This document shows, piece after piece, positions 39,860 through 52,000 of a DNA stretch of 64,000 nt (within the stretch, counting starts at the first letter, position 1; each line of letters starts with the position of its first letter). The notes under the pieces are model-generated. The model did not search any database and was not told where the DNA came from. It saw only the letters and a list, made by a program, of their open reading frames with translations. Source of the stretch: Rhynchobatus australiae (lineage: Eukaryota); assembly GCA_034780895.1 (NCBI GenBank), contig JAUZTB010000063.1, positions 24,349,465 to 24,413,464 on the forward strand, written 5' to 3'. The translations under genes and the position numbers were made by a program.

Positions 39860-41880
39860 GGAATGGCAACGGATTTGCAAATCAGGGTGGCACATGACCT
39901 GGAGGGGACCTGCCAGTGTTAATATTCCCATGCACTTATCCTAGCTGGCAGGGGTTTTGGGTTGGGAGAAACTTAATCAGTTGCCACGGCACATTTTATA
40001 AATGGCACATACTTTACCCACTGTGCGCTGCCAGTCAACATGGGGTTCCATTATAGTGGGTTGCTTTGTCCTGGACAGTGTTAAGCATATTGAGTGTTGC
40101 TGGAGCTGCAGTCAACTGGACATGTGAAGAGTATTTGATCTCACTCCTGACTTGTGCCTTGTGGAAAAATTTCAGAGAGTAGGCGTGTGAGAGGCTCACT
40201 ATAGGATAGCAGCCTATGGCATATTCGTGCAGCTACAGTATTCATGTGCCTACATGCTGTACTGTTCTATGTTCTATGTTTCTAATCAGCAATGACCTCC
40301 TGACGGTTGATGATGGGGACTCAGCAATAGTTATGCCATTGAATGTCAAGGGTAAGTGGTTAGACTGACTCTTGTTGGAGACAGCCATTGCCTGCTACTT
40401 ATTATTCTGCAGGTCTTGCTAACTGTGAGCATAGGCTGCTTCATTACCTGAGGAGCTGAACACTGTGCAATCATCAGTGAACATCACCACATCTGACCAT
40501 GACATTGAAGGAATGTCACAGAAGAAACAGATGAAGATGTTCAGGCAACATCAACCAAAGGAAATTCTGTGGCAATATCCTGGGGCTGAAATCGTTACCT
40601 CCAAATATCACAAATATCTTCCTTTTTGTGCTAGGTATGACTCTAGCTTGTGAAGAATCTTTTCCCTAGATGTTAATTGACTACCATTTTATCAGGGCTC
40701 CTTGATGCCACACTGGTTCAGATGTTGTCTTGATGCCAACAACAATCACTCTCTTCTGGTCCCAGGAATTCAGTTATGTTGTTCATATTCAGAGCAACAT
40801 TATGATGTGTTCTGGCCTAGTTCCTAGTGAGATCCAAACTAATTAATAGTGAGCAGGGTATTGGTGAAGAAGAGTTGCCTGATTGTACATCTCCCATTAT
40901 TTTGCTGATATTTGAGAGTAGATTGTTGAGCCAATGAATTTATTTGTAGAAAGGACATACCTGGACAATTGTCCATATTGTTGGATGCCAGTGAGATAAC
41001 TATATTGGAATAGCTTAGCTAGAAGCACAACTAATTCTGATGCAAAGTCTTCAACATCACAGGCAGAGTGTTAGCATGAGCCATGGTCTTTGCTGTATTC
41101 TGGGTTCTCATCTGATTTTTTGATATCGTGTGTGGGTGGCTGAACTTGCTGTAAACTGGCATCTGTGATGGTGGGAGTCTCAGTAGAAGCCAGGATGGAT
41201 CATCCACTCAGGACCTCTGGCTGAACATCTGAATGCTTTAGTACAGTCTGTAGGATTCATGAGCTAAGCTCCACTCGCATTGGGAGCAGAGATCTTCCTG
41301 GAGCTTCCTCCTCCTGTTATCTGTTTAATCATCCTCTAGCATTAGTAGCTGAATTCAGCAGGAATGCAGAGCTTTCCTCTGATCCTTTGGGGTTGTGCGA
41401 GCTTAGTTCTGTCATTGCATGCTATTTTATTGGCTGGTATGCAGATAGTCCTGTGATGCACATAACACCCCTGTGTAGATTTGCCTGATGTTATTCTTTG
41501 GCATGCCTGTTTGCATTCCTCCCAGGAGGGATCTCTTGGCTGTTGGTAATGATAAAATGCTGTGACAGGCCATGAGAATATAAATTGTGCTGGAGGACTC
41601 ACAATGCTTCATGGATGCCCAGTTTTCAGCTGCTAAATCTATTCCAAATCTGTCCCTAAGGTGATACCACAAAATGTGATGGAGGGTGTCCTTGATATGA
41701 AGAGAGGATCTCGTTTCCATAACCACTCTGTGTGGGTACACTGACCAATACTGTCCTGGGACGATCCATCTGCAGTTGGAGGAATGACGAGGATGAGGTC
41801 AACCTAATGTTGGCTTTCTTACTATCTGCTGTAATTCACTCTGAAAGCCTGTCCCTCTGAACTCAGCTAGCTTGGTTAGA
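39860..41880 (-). mobile_element. Long decayed LINE of the same family as 36645-37623
   Basis: Shares aaatcagg...ggagggga...ttcccat and gtggttagact...ctcttgttggaga with that copy. Upstream remnant reads VVMETRSSLHIKDTLHHILWY. Confidence 0.7.
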
Positions 41881-44800
41881 GGCTGTGCTTTCTGCTGACA
41901 TACAGACTATGACTGAGAAGTGGTTCTTGTTTTGTTCCAATCCTGACTGCCCTTAGCACTAGAATATTAGAACAGAGTACTAGAATATGGGGAAGTTGAG
42001 GGGATTTGGAGAATAAAATAGGATTAGTGTAAGACAATTGTAAATGGGTGCTTGGTGNNNNNNNNNNNNNNNNNNNNNNNNNNNNNNNNNNNNNNNNNNN
42101 NNNNNNNNNNNNNNNNNNNNNNNNNNNNNNNNNNNNNNNNNNNNNNNNNNNNNNNNNTAAGACAATTGTAAATGGGTGCTTGGTGAACCTGATGGGCTAA
42201 AGTGCTTGTTTCCATTCTGTATGACTCTAGCCTTTTCTGGCATTGCAAGTTGTTATTGTCTGTGAAATAAGGGATAACAGTGAAGGAAAATCATAATGTT
42301 AAGTTTATAATTCAGGCAGTAGAGCAAAGTAAGGAACAGCTTTATTACTGAGCTTTCCAGTCCTTGAATGTTTAATTATTATCTAAATGTAGAAAAGTCT
42401 ATGTTTTTGTCTCATCCCTTGAAGGAAGGTTTCAGAGAGCTATCTCTGAAAAAGTAACAATATCTGTTCCCTGTTTAATGCTGCATGTTTACTCATCCAA
42501 TGAAGCCAAGAGTACATATAAGAAAATTACATTCACATTTCAATTATGCAGCAAAATAGTATTAATAAATCCTAAATCCTGCTACAATATAAGTGGGATA
42601 GTATGTTTGCTGAATAAGTTTAAGGAGAAGCTTTGATCTGCAAGATAATTAGCTCTGTTGTGTGCTAAATGAGGATACATTTAGCATTACAGAGGCTCCA
42701 GCAATATGATTATATTCTGCGAAGACCTCAAGTAGCCTTTTCTATCTATGTGCATGAGACACATAAAAGCCATTTGTTTAACATTCAAATTAGGATATGG
42801 CTGGAACTAATAGGATGGGACATTCTTGCATTTTTAGCTAAATCCATTGGTAAAGCTGCTGCATCAAATGCTTCCTTTTATATTTCAGAGACTGAAAGGG
42901 AAGGAGGAAAAGAGTTAGATGATAAAAAAAAAGTGATTATCATATCACAGGCAATGCAAATATAATATATATTACTTTTGCTTAATACTTAAGGATTGAA
43001 TTTTATCTACTTTTCCCTTCAATTCTTCTTAATTTGAATGTTGTAAGAGTAAGGGTTAGCCCAGAATTTTATGGGGAATTGCTAGCATTTACCCATGTAA
43101 ATGTGGGCAACATTAAGACTTCCATAAAAAATGCAAGGCACTGAAGTCATACTCAGGAATTTACCCATCTTCTTCTCAATGTGCTTCAATACTGGTCTCC
43201 TTATGTCCACTGAGAGGGTCAAAGTTATAATAATTGCCTATGAATGACAATAGGCAATCACATGAATATTTGGAAGTTTCAAAAATATTTAAATACAGTC
43301 AAATAATTTTAAGTATATGAGGGTTTCTTTCATTTTGTTAAAAAATTGCATTCTTGAAATGAATATAATTGTTTTTGAATGTCCAAAACATTCAGAAATT
43401 TCGATGATCTTGACAGCCTTCTAAGCCAAGATCCATGGTTTATTTGGGTGTTAAACTTTTATTGGGCTGTTTACAGAAAGCAGCTCAGCATTTGACAGCA
43501 GCAAGCTGCCAGAGGGTGTCAGGGTATTCCAACACTTAGAACCCTCACGTCTGGAGCCATCAAATTGAAAGACGAAAGTTGTTCCACTTCTTTGTCACCC
43601 GAGATTTGGATATCTCTCAAATACTTAACAGGTGTATTGCTTGAGGAAATATAAGATGCATTGCAAGATCTGATGGTACAATTATTGTAGAGAAAAATGT
43701 AAACGACTCATGATATATACAGAAAATAGAATCAAGATATATTTCTGAATTTAAAAGGAGAGCCTTGGACACCACTTGAAACTCACCCTGTTTTGTGGGA
43801 CAGCCTTGGAATATGGATAGTCATCTTAGCCATCACTATGTCCAGTACAGATTTATTCCAGGTGGGCTAACAGTGTGGGTGGTGAGCTGGGGCAATGGAC
43901 CAGATTAAGGATGATCTGACTCAATTTTTTCAGGCCGATGATCCTTTTTTTGATCTGATACATTAACTCTGCTTCTCTGTCCACAGATGCTGCGCGACTT
44001 GTTGAGTGTTTCAAGCATACTTTGTTTTTGCTTGGATTTTGTTTTAATGATTTGCTTTTTGACATGGTTAATATTTGGGCTTGGTAGATTGACTACAATT
44101 TGCCCATGGCCAACATCAATGTTAAATAAACCTGCTATATGAACTTAGAGCCCTCACATTTAGAGCCATCAACTTGAAAGACGAAAGTTGTTCCACATAG
44201 AGTCAAGTTCTAGATTGTGTTCAGCTACTGGCTCAAATTAACAACGAACTGAACTGAAGTTTGATTAATTTCTCTCAGAGAGAGCTAATTTTCATCTCAT
44301 TAATCCAGAATTGATTTTAACCTATTCATCTCTCTCTGAAGTCATTCATATTTTAAATTGTTCTAACAGCTTTATTAGAGTTAATTTTATCAAATTAGTT
44401 TGTAAATGCTAAATAAATATATTTGCTGAGAACTTTGGATTTTGTTGGATTGATATTGCATTCGGTTAGAGCACTATTGTGATGGATCATGGGGTAATAG
44501 TGCACGGCTCACATCATTAGTTCTCCATATTGATAATGAATCAAGGTAGTAGGTAAAGCTCAAGCAATTCCCTATTGGAAGGGAGAACCAGCAGGGCATG
44601 AACACTCCTAGTGATTGATTACAATTCAGACTTAGCTGCAGAGACCAAGAGACCCTGGTGACTGAACATTCAGAAAACAGAGGAACAGTCATATCCTGGG
44701 GAGCCCTGGGTGAGAAGAGAAGAATATATTTCTAATTCTGAAGTTTTTACAGAAAAGCAAGTTTGTGGAAAGTACTATTTATTTTCTGATGTTGCTGACA

Positions 44801-44999
44801 ATCATTAATTGACGCTGAACCAGTAAATACAGACAAACAGTGGAGATCCATGCACATATTGTCCTTCAATATATTAACATATATATTTGCCCATTAAAAA
44901 CCACCCCAATGAATTATTGCCTCTTGAATACTGTTTATCTGATCTTCCTGTCAATGATGCCAGTGAATGCAAATTAAAACAGATCCAAGTTCTCACCTG

Positions 45000-45200
45000 T
45001 GTGGATTGAAGATTTCACATGGTTGACCTTCGGGGAGGGAATGTGCTATCCTTACTGTATGTGACTCCAAACCCAACATAATTGACTCTTAATAGTTCTC
45101 AGAAAAGGTCTATCAAGCTGCTCAGTTCAAAGGGCAATTAAGGATGGGCAATAAATGCTGGACTTTCTGGCAGAACCTAGATCCTGAAAATGAATACAAA
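45000..45200 (+). mobile_element. SINE 3' part with LINE-derived tail (SacSINE1-like)
   Basis: tatgtgactcca...ttgactcttaa...gggcaattaaggatgggcaataaatgctgg; the same tail occurs at 47476-47505. Confidence 0.6.
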
Positions 45201-48200
45201 ACGTTGTCCGCACTTCAATACTGAACTTGTGCCTTTATTTCACAAAGAGCTTGTTATTTTGAGTCAAAGGGTAGAGATGCAGTGGACTGACTTAAAACTT
45301 AGGTATCATGATCAACTGTCAAGGAACAGAACATTGACTTGCCCTATATGGTTCAACTAATGGTCTGTGGTCTTTTTTTTGCAGATTGCCATTCAAATTA
45401 ACCTTGACTCACTTGAGGCATTTGTACACAGCAGATTGTTTACTGTTAGTGATGCCCTTAAGGCAGGTTTCAATTACCTTGTTATGCAAAGTTTTAAGAA
45501 TTGTTGTGATCTTCCAAACCATTGGCATTGTGAATTCCTGCACAAACTGGTGGAGAAAACTGTCATGTAATAAGTGTGATATTGTAGCAATGTGTAACAT
45601 TAACATATATGACATAAAATAATTAATACCAGAAAAATAGTCTCAAAAATTAGTTGTAAAATGTTGCTTTAAATGTAGCTGTTGAACTGTGTAAATATTC
45701 CTGTAGATTCTCCTGGACACCTATCAGCCCTAAATGTAAGTTTACCTAGATGATGAGAACCTCATGATTTAACTTTCACCTCATTTTAATGAGACCACCA
45801 AAAATAACGGATGTTTTCTTGTGAGCTGAAAGTAACAATGGAAAAATGGAGTTCATATAACAGTTGTAAGTGTTCCAAGTTGTAAAATCTAGGTCGATGT
45901 TAATGGACAATGTGGTATTCCAGATTCAAATTACAGCTAAGACTGATGCTCATCTGAATATCCTCAGAGGGAAAAGAGGCATAATTTTTCCAGTGTTTTA
46001 ATTGGGATGCTGAATAAAGAATGGTGCTTTTCTGTAGAATGCATTCACAGTAAGGAGAACTCTGCGCAAATGGCAAATTGCCAGTCAGCTATTAATGGAT
46101 CAACATTGATGATGACAATGGGTCTCTAATCCAGACCAGCTCACTGTCAAGTAACAAAGTCTGTTAAGAGGTTATAGTAACAATGCTTCCAGGTACAATG
46201 AAGTCATTTTTCTCCACCCTGCTCTCTGTCTCTAGTGTTTATCACATGCCCTGACTGCAGATAAAATTTGCCAAATGTGACTATCAAAACAAAAGGAAAA
46301 GCTCTTTTAAATTTACCAATCAATCAAACATTAGGGAACTTTCCTTCCTATTCTCCTTCGTAGGCAACTTCCTTCTTTTAGATTGTGGTGGTGTTTGCGA
46401 AGGTGAAGTCTAAATCAACCAATTTTAATTAATATCAAAGTCACGATTGGGAAGAGCAAATTATCTTTCAGCAGCAGAATGAATGAATACACTCTGCATA
46501 AATGCAATTTTCCATTGAATCCTTGCCAGTCACAATGATTTCTAATCCCACCCAAGTGAAATGAAGCAGATTGACTTGACTGTTACTTGAAAAAAAGCCA
46601 CTTGGACCTCTTTTGCAAAATGTATGTAGCTTTGCAAGGTTTTCTACACATGACTATCTTCCTAGACATGCCAGAGGGTGAGAATCCAGACTAGGACTTT
46701 TGGTTAAAGTGAACTGTGTTTGAACTATGACTGCAGTTCTCATCAACTGTAGACTTCACANNNNNNNNNNCATTCCTGTCTCCTCTGACAGCTGGTTGAC
46801 GTGAGCCCAATAAGAGTGAACTTGCAGTTAATGAGGCACAAAGTCAACCCATTCTTGACTTCTATTGTAGGAAAGATATCCTGTGCAATTTGATTTTTCT
46901 TCATCAAGTGATCTTTAAGTATTAAAGCATCTGAGTAGCAGATCAGAAACACTAAAGCAAGGATGGGTCAATACAGCTAAAATACAGTTTATTCTTTTAA
47001 GATTATATTTAAATTCTCTTCTGCTTCAGATAATTTCTCTTTATAGCAGGATAATGCAAGTTTAATATGGATCTGGATATGTTTCTCAGTATGTCTGGGG
47101 CTTATTGGAATATAAATATTATCAACTCGAATTGTCTGAGAAAGGCCACGTTGTTTCTTAGCTCCTAAGTGGTTTGTCCAAATGGCCTGGTCAGACTGAC
47201 AAGTTCATTCACTGGTTGCATGTTAAATTGGTCCAAATGTGCATTCAATTGCCTCGGAATGTGGGCTTCATTTTTTTCCTTTACTTAACTGAGCACTTTA
47301 TCACAAGAAAGGTAGAACTCCATCTCATTCTAATTGCCCGTATCAGATGATCTGGCAGTTTGCATTCTCTTGGGANNNNNNNNNNNNNNNNNNNNNNNNN
47401 NNNNNNNNNNNNNNNNNNNNNNNNNNNNNNNNNNNNNNNNNNNNNNNNNNNNNNNNNNNNNNNNNNNNNNNNNNNGGGCAATTAAGGATGGGCAATAAAT
47501 GCTGGCCAAGCTTATGAACCTGTGAATGAATGAATATTAACATAATTCATATGATTTAGTTGTGAAAGGTGTAATATCCTGGTTTCCAACAAAATTCAAA
47601 TTTAGACACTTAGGGCAGACTGGCTTCAATTTTAGCAAAAGAAGGACAAAAACATGAAACTTTAATAGGATTTTAAGTACATGCACTAATCTCTCACCTA
47701 ATGCAATGGTGAAAATAATTGTGCTTGTACAATCAAGTAATAATTGGATGTTATTTAGAGGTGCTGTTCAGGTCTGTTCCATGACCTTTCATCCTCACCC
47801 ACAGAATGATCTATTCCATTGGATGGAATTGCTAGAATTGCTAATAACATATGAACCAAGTGTAGGAATAATTCATATTGCTAATTCACAAGAAGGTGAC
47901 CCAATTACTGAAATGGATTCATTTTATTTAGAAATTTAAAAATTGTGATAAATAGTATTGGTGTGGTAACTATCTTGGATGATGTGAAGCAGCAATTATC
48001 TATACTGTTTACAGTGCACTACTTCCAAATTGCTGCAAGTATGAAAAATGCAACACATCTTATGATGGGTTTTACAACAAGCTTGGACTAATTTGGAAGG
48101 ATCTCTCAGCAAGATAGTGTCAGTTGGTAGCTGGACGTGGAGCATGCCAAAATTAACAAAGCATTAGACAATAAAGCTCAAATTTGAATTGCCACAGAAT

Positions 48201-48689
48201 ATTTACTTTTCTTTTTTTGCAGTACTTTTTTTTTGAAAGGAATGAAACAAACACATCTGGTATGCTAATACTCTTTGCACTTGCTTCATTGTTTCCCTAT
48301 TTTTTCCCTTTACCCCCTTTAACAGCAAGGTCACAAGAAGGAAGCTGGCAGTAAGAATAATGAGGTCATTGTTACAACCTAGCACCAGGAATAGTAAGGC
48401 CAGTGGGTGGGAACAGCAGCAGGACAGCATGGTGCCCAAGTCCCTGGAAGGAGCAGGAACAGCAAGGTCCCGGTTGATGCATAACAAGACAAGCAGAAAA
48501 AAAATCACAGAACCACAGCATGGCAGTTAACCTTAAGAGTAAACATATCAATTCAAAAGGGTAGAAGTTATCTGCATTAACTAATAGGGAAAAGTAATCT
48601 TCACACATATCAGACAGAAAGGAAACAGCTGACTAAAGGAATTCAGCATTCTCAGAAATCAAATTATACATTTTTTTCCAGTTACAAAC

Positions 48690-49070
48690 AATCTTGTATT
48701 TATATAGTACTTTCTGTACCTACTGTTCCAACATTCAGAACACAGCAGTTAGCTTATGCACAGTGAAGTCCCACAAAAAGTGGCAGATAATGAAAAAGGT
48801 AATTTACTTTAATTTTTTTTAAAGAGGTAAATGTTGGTTAGGATTCTGGAGAACTCCATTGCTCTTGAAAAATGTGAGTGGACCTTTTACATTCATCTCA
48901 GAGGAAAGATGTGGCTTCAGCTTTGAAATATAGTACATCTCACAATACTGCATCCACTAGGCACCACACAAATTTATCAGGTTTGATTTTATGCTCAGAG
49001 TTGCATTTGACCCATAACCTTTGGGCTCAGATGCAAGAGTGCTGTCGCCTAACTGCCGGTGACACCGCTA
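48690..49070 (-). mobile_element. Deu-domain (AmnSINE1/SacSINE1-like) SINE
   Basis: Minus strand: cagcactcttgcatctgagcccaaaggttatgggtcaa (head), tttgtgggacttcactgtgcataag, and aaagtactatataaatacaag (tail), resembling the recalled consensus. Confidence 0.6.
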
Positions 49071-52000
49071 TGGACAGCAACAAGTTTACCATTGACCTTG
49101 AACCTTGAACCTGTCCGCAGCTCTGATTCCTGCATTGATAATCAGTACTCTCAATCCATTTACCCATTTCCCTGTTAACTTGTGGTACAGATAAATGGAG
49201 TGAAAATCAGGTGGGTCACTGCTCACACAGCAAAGATCAATGTCTAGCCCTCATCTTTCTGATAATTTCAGGAAAGGAGTATGAAAAACATCTAATTTCA
49301 AGAGCTGATTTTCTGAGAACAGGTCCAGGTAAGTACTGGAATGACAAACCAAAGTAATCTGATTTACCTTTGATGCTAATGGCTTTACTTCCAATGTTAT
49401 AGTGTTGTGATTAATAGAGGGTTAGATTTTGGGTTGGAAGTGTCTTTAAGCATCGCATCATTCTAATTTCCCTTCTTACCAATGAATGTCATAGATTAAT
49501 TAAGTTTTGTGTCATGGCCAATTGACTCTGTATGTGACATCAAATCTGAAGCCCTGAAGTACTAAAGGTGATGAAATTAACCATAAAAACGATGATGCCT
49601 GTGTTTTTCCCCAAATTAGCAAGTTTGTAGGAAAATAGCTTTTTTGCAAATTGGATACTTAAAGCCTCATATTCTACATATTTTACCCAGTGGGTCTTTT
49701 ATTATGGACAAACATAAAGAGTCTCTCATTTTTTTCTGTTGACAGTTTATCGTCTCTGCTAAACCAATCTTAACCAACCAGTAAGGGGCAAATAATGTGA
49801 AGAAAAATATTCTCATTTTTTTTAATAATGGACTTCTTTATTGGAAGGTTTTAAATGATGCAATAGAAATGTACTGGCAGGGAAAAATCAAATTGAAATT
49901 CAACTCTTTTTATTGTAACATTAACACACAGCAGGATCAGGTAATATTGGTCTTCGAAATATCAGAAAAGCTGTGATGAACTCAGCATGGCCAGATAATA
50001 GAGGAAGCTAACTCATGAAGGGACTGAAGAATGAAAGATTAGCTTCCTAAAATATTCTTTCCTGCCCTGAATGATACTATGCAAGAAAATCTGTAACATT
50101 TAAAACTAAAATCAGTTTCTGCTCTTATTAAATTTACCCTCATATCATCATTCAATTTTCCAGAGAAAGATCACAAAATTAAGTTGTTCTTTCTCGAGGG
50201 CTTTATCACATAGCACACAACATAGTGGCAAAGATATGAAAATCAATAATATGCTACCTGTCCTTTAAAGTGAAGTAAGAAGAGTTGGGCAGCATTTCAT
50301 TGCAAAACAGATGCACAGAATAATGTAAAGTAGATGCACAAAAATTAATTGGCATTCTAAAGCTGCCTCCTCTTACATTATTGATAGGATGCTAAATAAT
50401 TTATCATGTGTCGGTATGGTTAGTCATTTGGGTCATACTTATTACTGGACACCTGCCAATCTACCATCATGGGAGTTAATTATTTTCTAATTTACAATGA
50501 TGTTCGGAAGTGTATAAATATAAATATCACTGTGCTCTTTTTTGTTTCAGCTTTGATTAATTGTTTCCTTTCTCAGAATGCAGCCTTTGGAGAACTAAGA
50601 TCCTTTCATTGCTCACCATACCCAGTGCAGTCTAAGCAGAGGCAATATCTTGGCTTCCCTCGATACTGTGGATGCATCCTGTGTGTATTTGGGGTGGATT
50701 CCAGAGTGACAGATAGGTCACATTCACATTCTTTTTTCCTTTACAACTTGCCAATTTTTCCCCAGCATTATTACAAAGTTAAGGTTGGAGGCAGATTTTT
50801 TTGTCAGAAATGTGCCTGTAAATTATTGGTAAGGTTTCCCAATGGCTCATTAACATGGTACTGACTCCAATGGATTAGGGAGTTCACAGCTTCAGTGCCT
50901 GGTTGACACTGTTGATTGATCTAGACCACAACGTTTGGCCTATTGACTCCAAGTGAAGAAGGAATAAAGGTACAAAATGGTCTCAGCTCCTTCTCCTGAG
51001 TGGATGCATTTGAACAGGATCAGACTAGGCAGCAATATTCCTCCACTTAAATACTTTGGGTCAAGTGGTTGGTGTCAAGAAGTTGCCAGTTGTATGAATT
51101 GCAGGAGGCCAGCTATATTTGCGCAACTGACCTTTGAGTACTTATGACCATCAGAAGTAAAAAGAAGAGAAAAATAAAAAAATGCTTTGCGTCTGTCTGA
51201 GGGACCAGAATTTTCTACACTAAACATTCATTTATTATTCAGTCTTTAATGAAAGTATTATAATGTATGATTGTTTTGATATTTCCTTTTTAATTCCTTG
51301 ATTCTCCAGCTCACTAAGTCTCTTGATAAAACCCATGCCTTCAACAAAGCCTTTGGTCAGAAGCCATCTCATTACTTCTGAGTACATCACTCTAAAATAC
51401 ATTGAGCACCTTTAAGTTGCTGACCTAGAAATTATATGCCTCAAAGGGTGCGTTAAACTGCCAAAGCACACCAGGTTAATGTTTATTTTGTGTTTGGGTC
51501 CCACTGCAGTAATATTTTATAGTGCATGAGGCTCAATGGTATTTGACTTGCAAAACTAAATGCACAAAGAACCCTTTATTCCCCCAGTTTCATCAGTGCT
51601 GGGTTAGCTGAGGAACTTGGGTCATTTGTAGGATGGAGGTTTCACTTGAGAGGCCTGGAGAGGTGGAGTGGGAAAGGTTGGTGCATTGGTTGTTGGTGGC
51701 TTGAGGGTAATATTGGTCTGGTCTGCGTTCAGTAGGGATTAGCTTTGAAATCATGATCAGCTGCTGGGGGTGGGAGAAAATCAGGGACTACTTGCTGGGG
51801 TCTGATGTTGGAGACTGCAGTTGGAAAGGGGTGGGAGGAAGGTTGGTGAGAGCATGCAGTAGGTAGATATCTGAAAGAGGACATATATATTTGTAAGAAG
51901 ATTGTTACAACAGACCCTAGGCCATGGATTATGCCAAATAAATACTTTAAGTTGTCTTCCAAAGTCTGCTTCTGCATGAGTGGCCCTTTGCCATTTGCAG

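Noticed and set aside
42030-42185. 28-bp direct repeat on both sides of a 100-N gap
   Set aside because: An exact duplication abutting a gap is typical of unmerged overlapping contig ends, not biology.
48203-48508. Hydrophobic 101-aa minus-strand ORF resembling a membrane protein
   Set aside because: It starts at GTG, has no recognisable homology, and its hydrophobicity follows from the T/C-rich strand composition.
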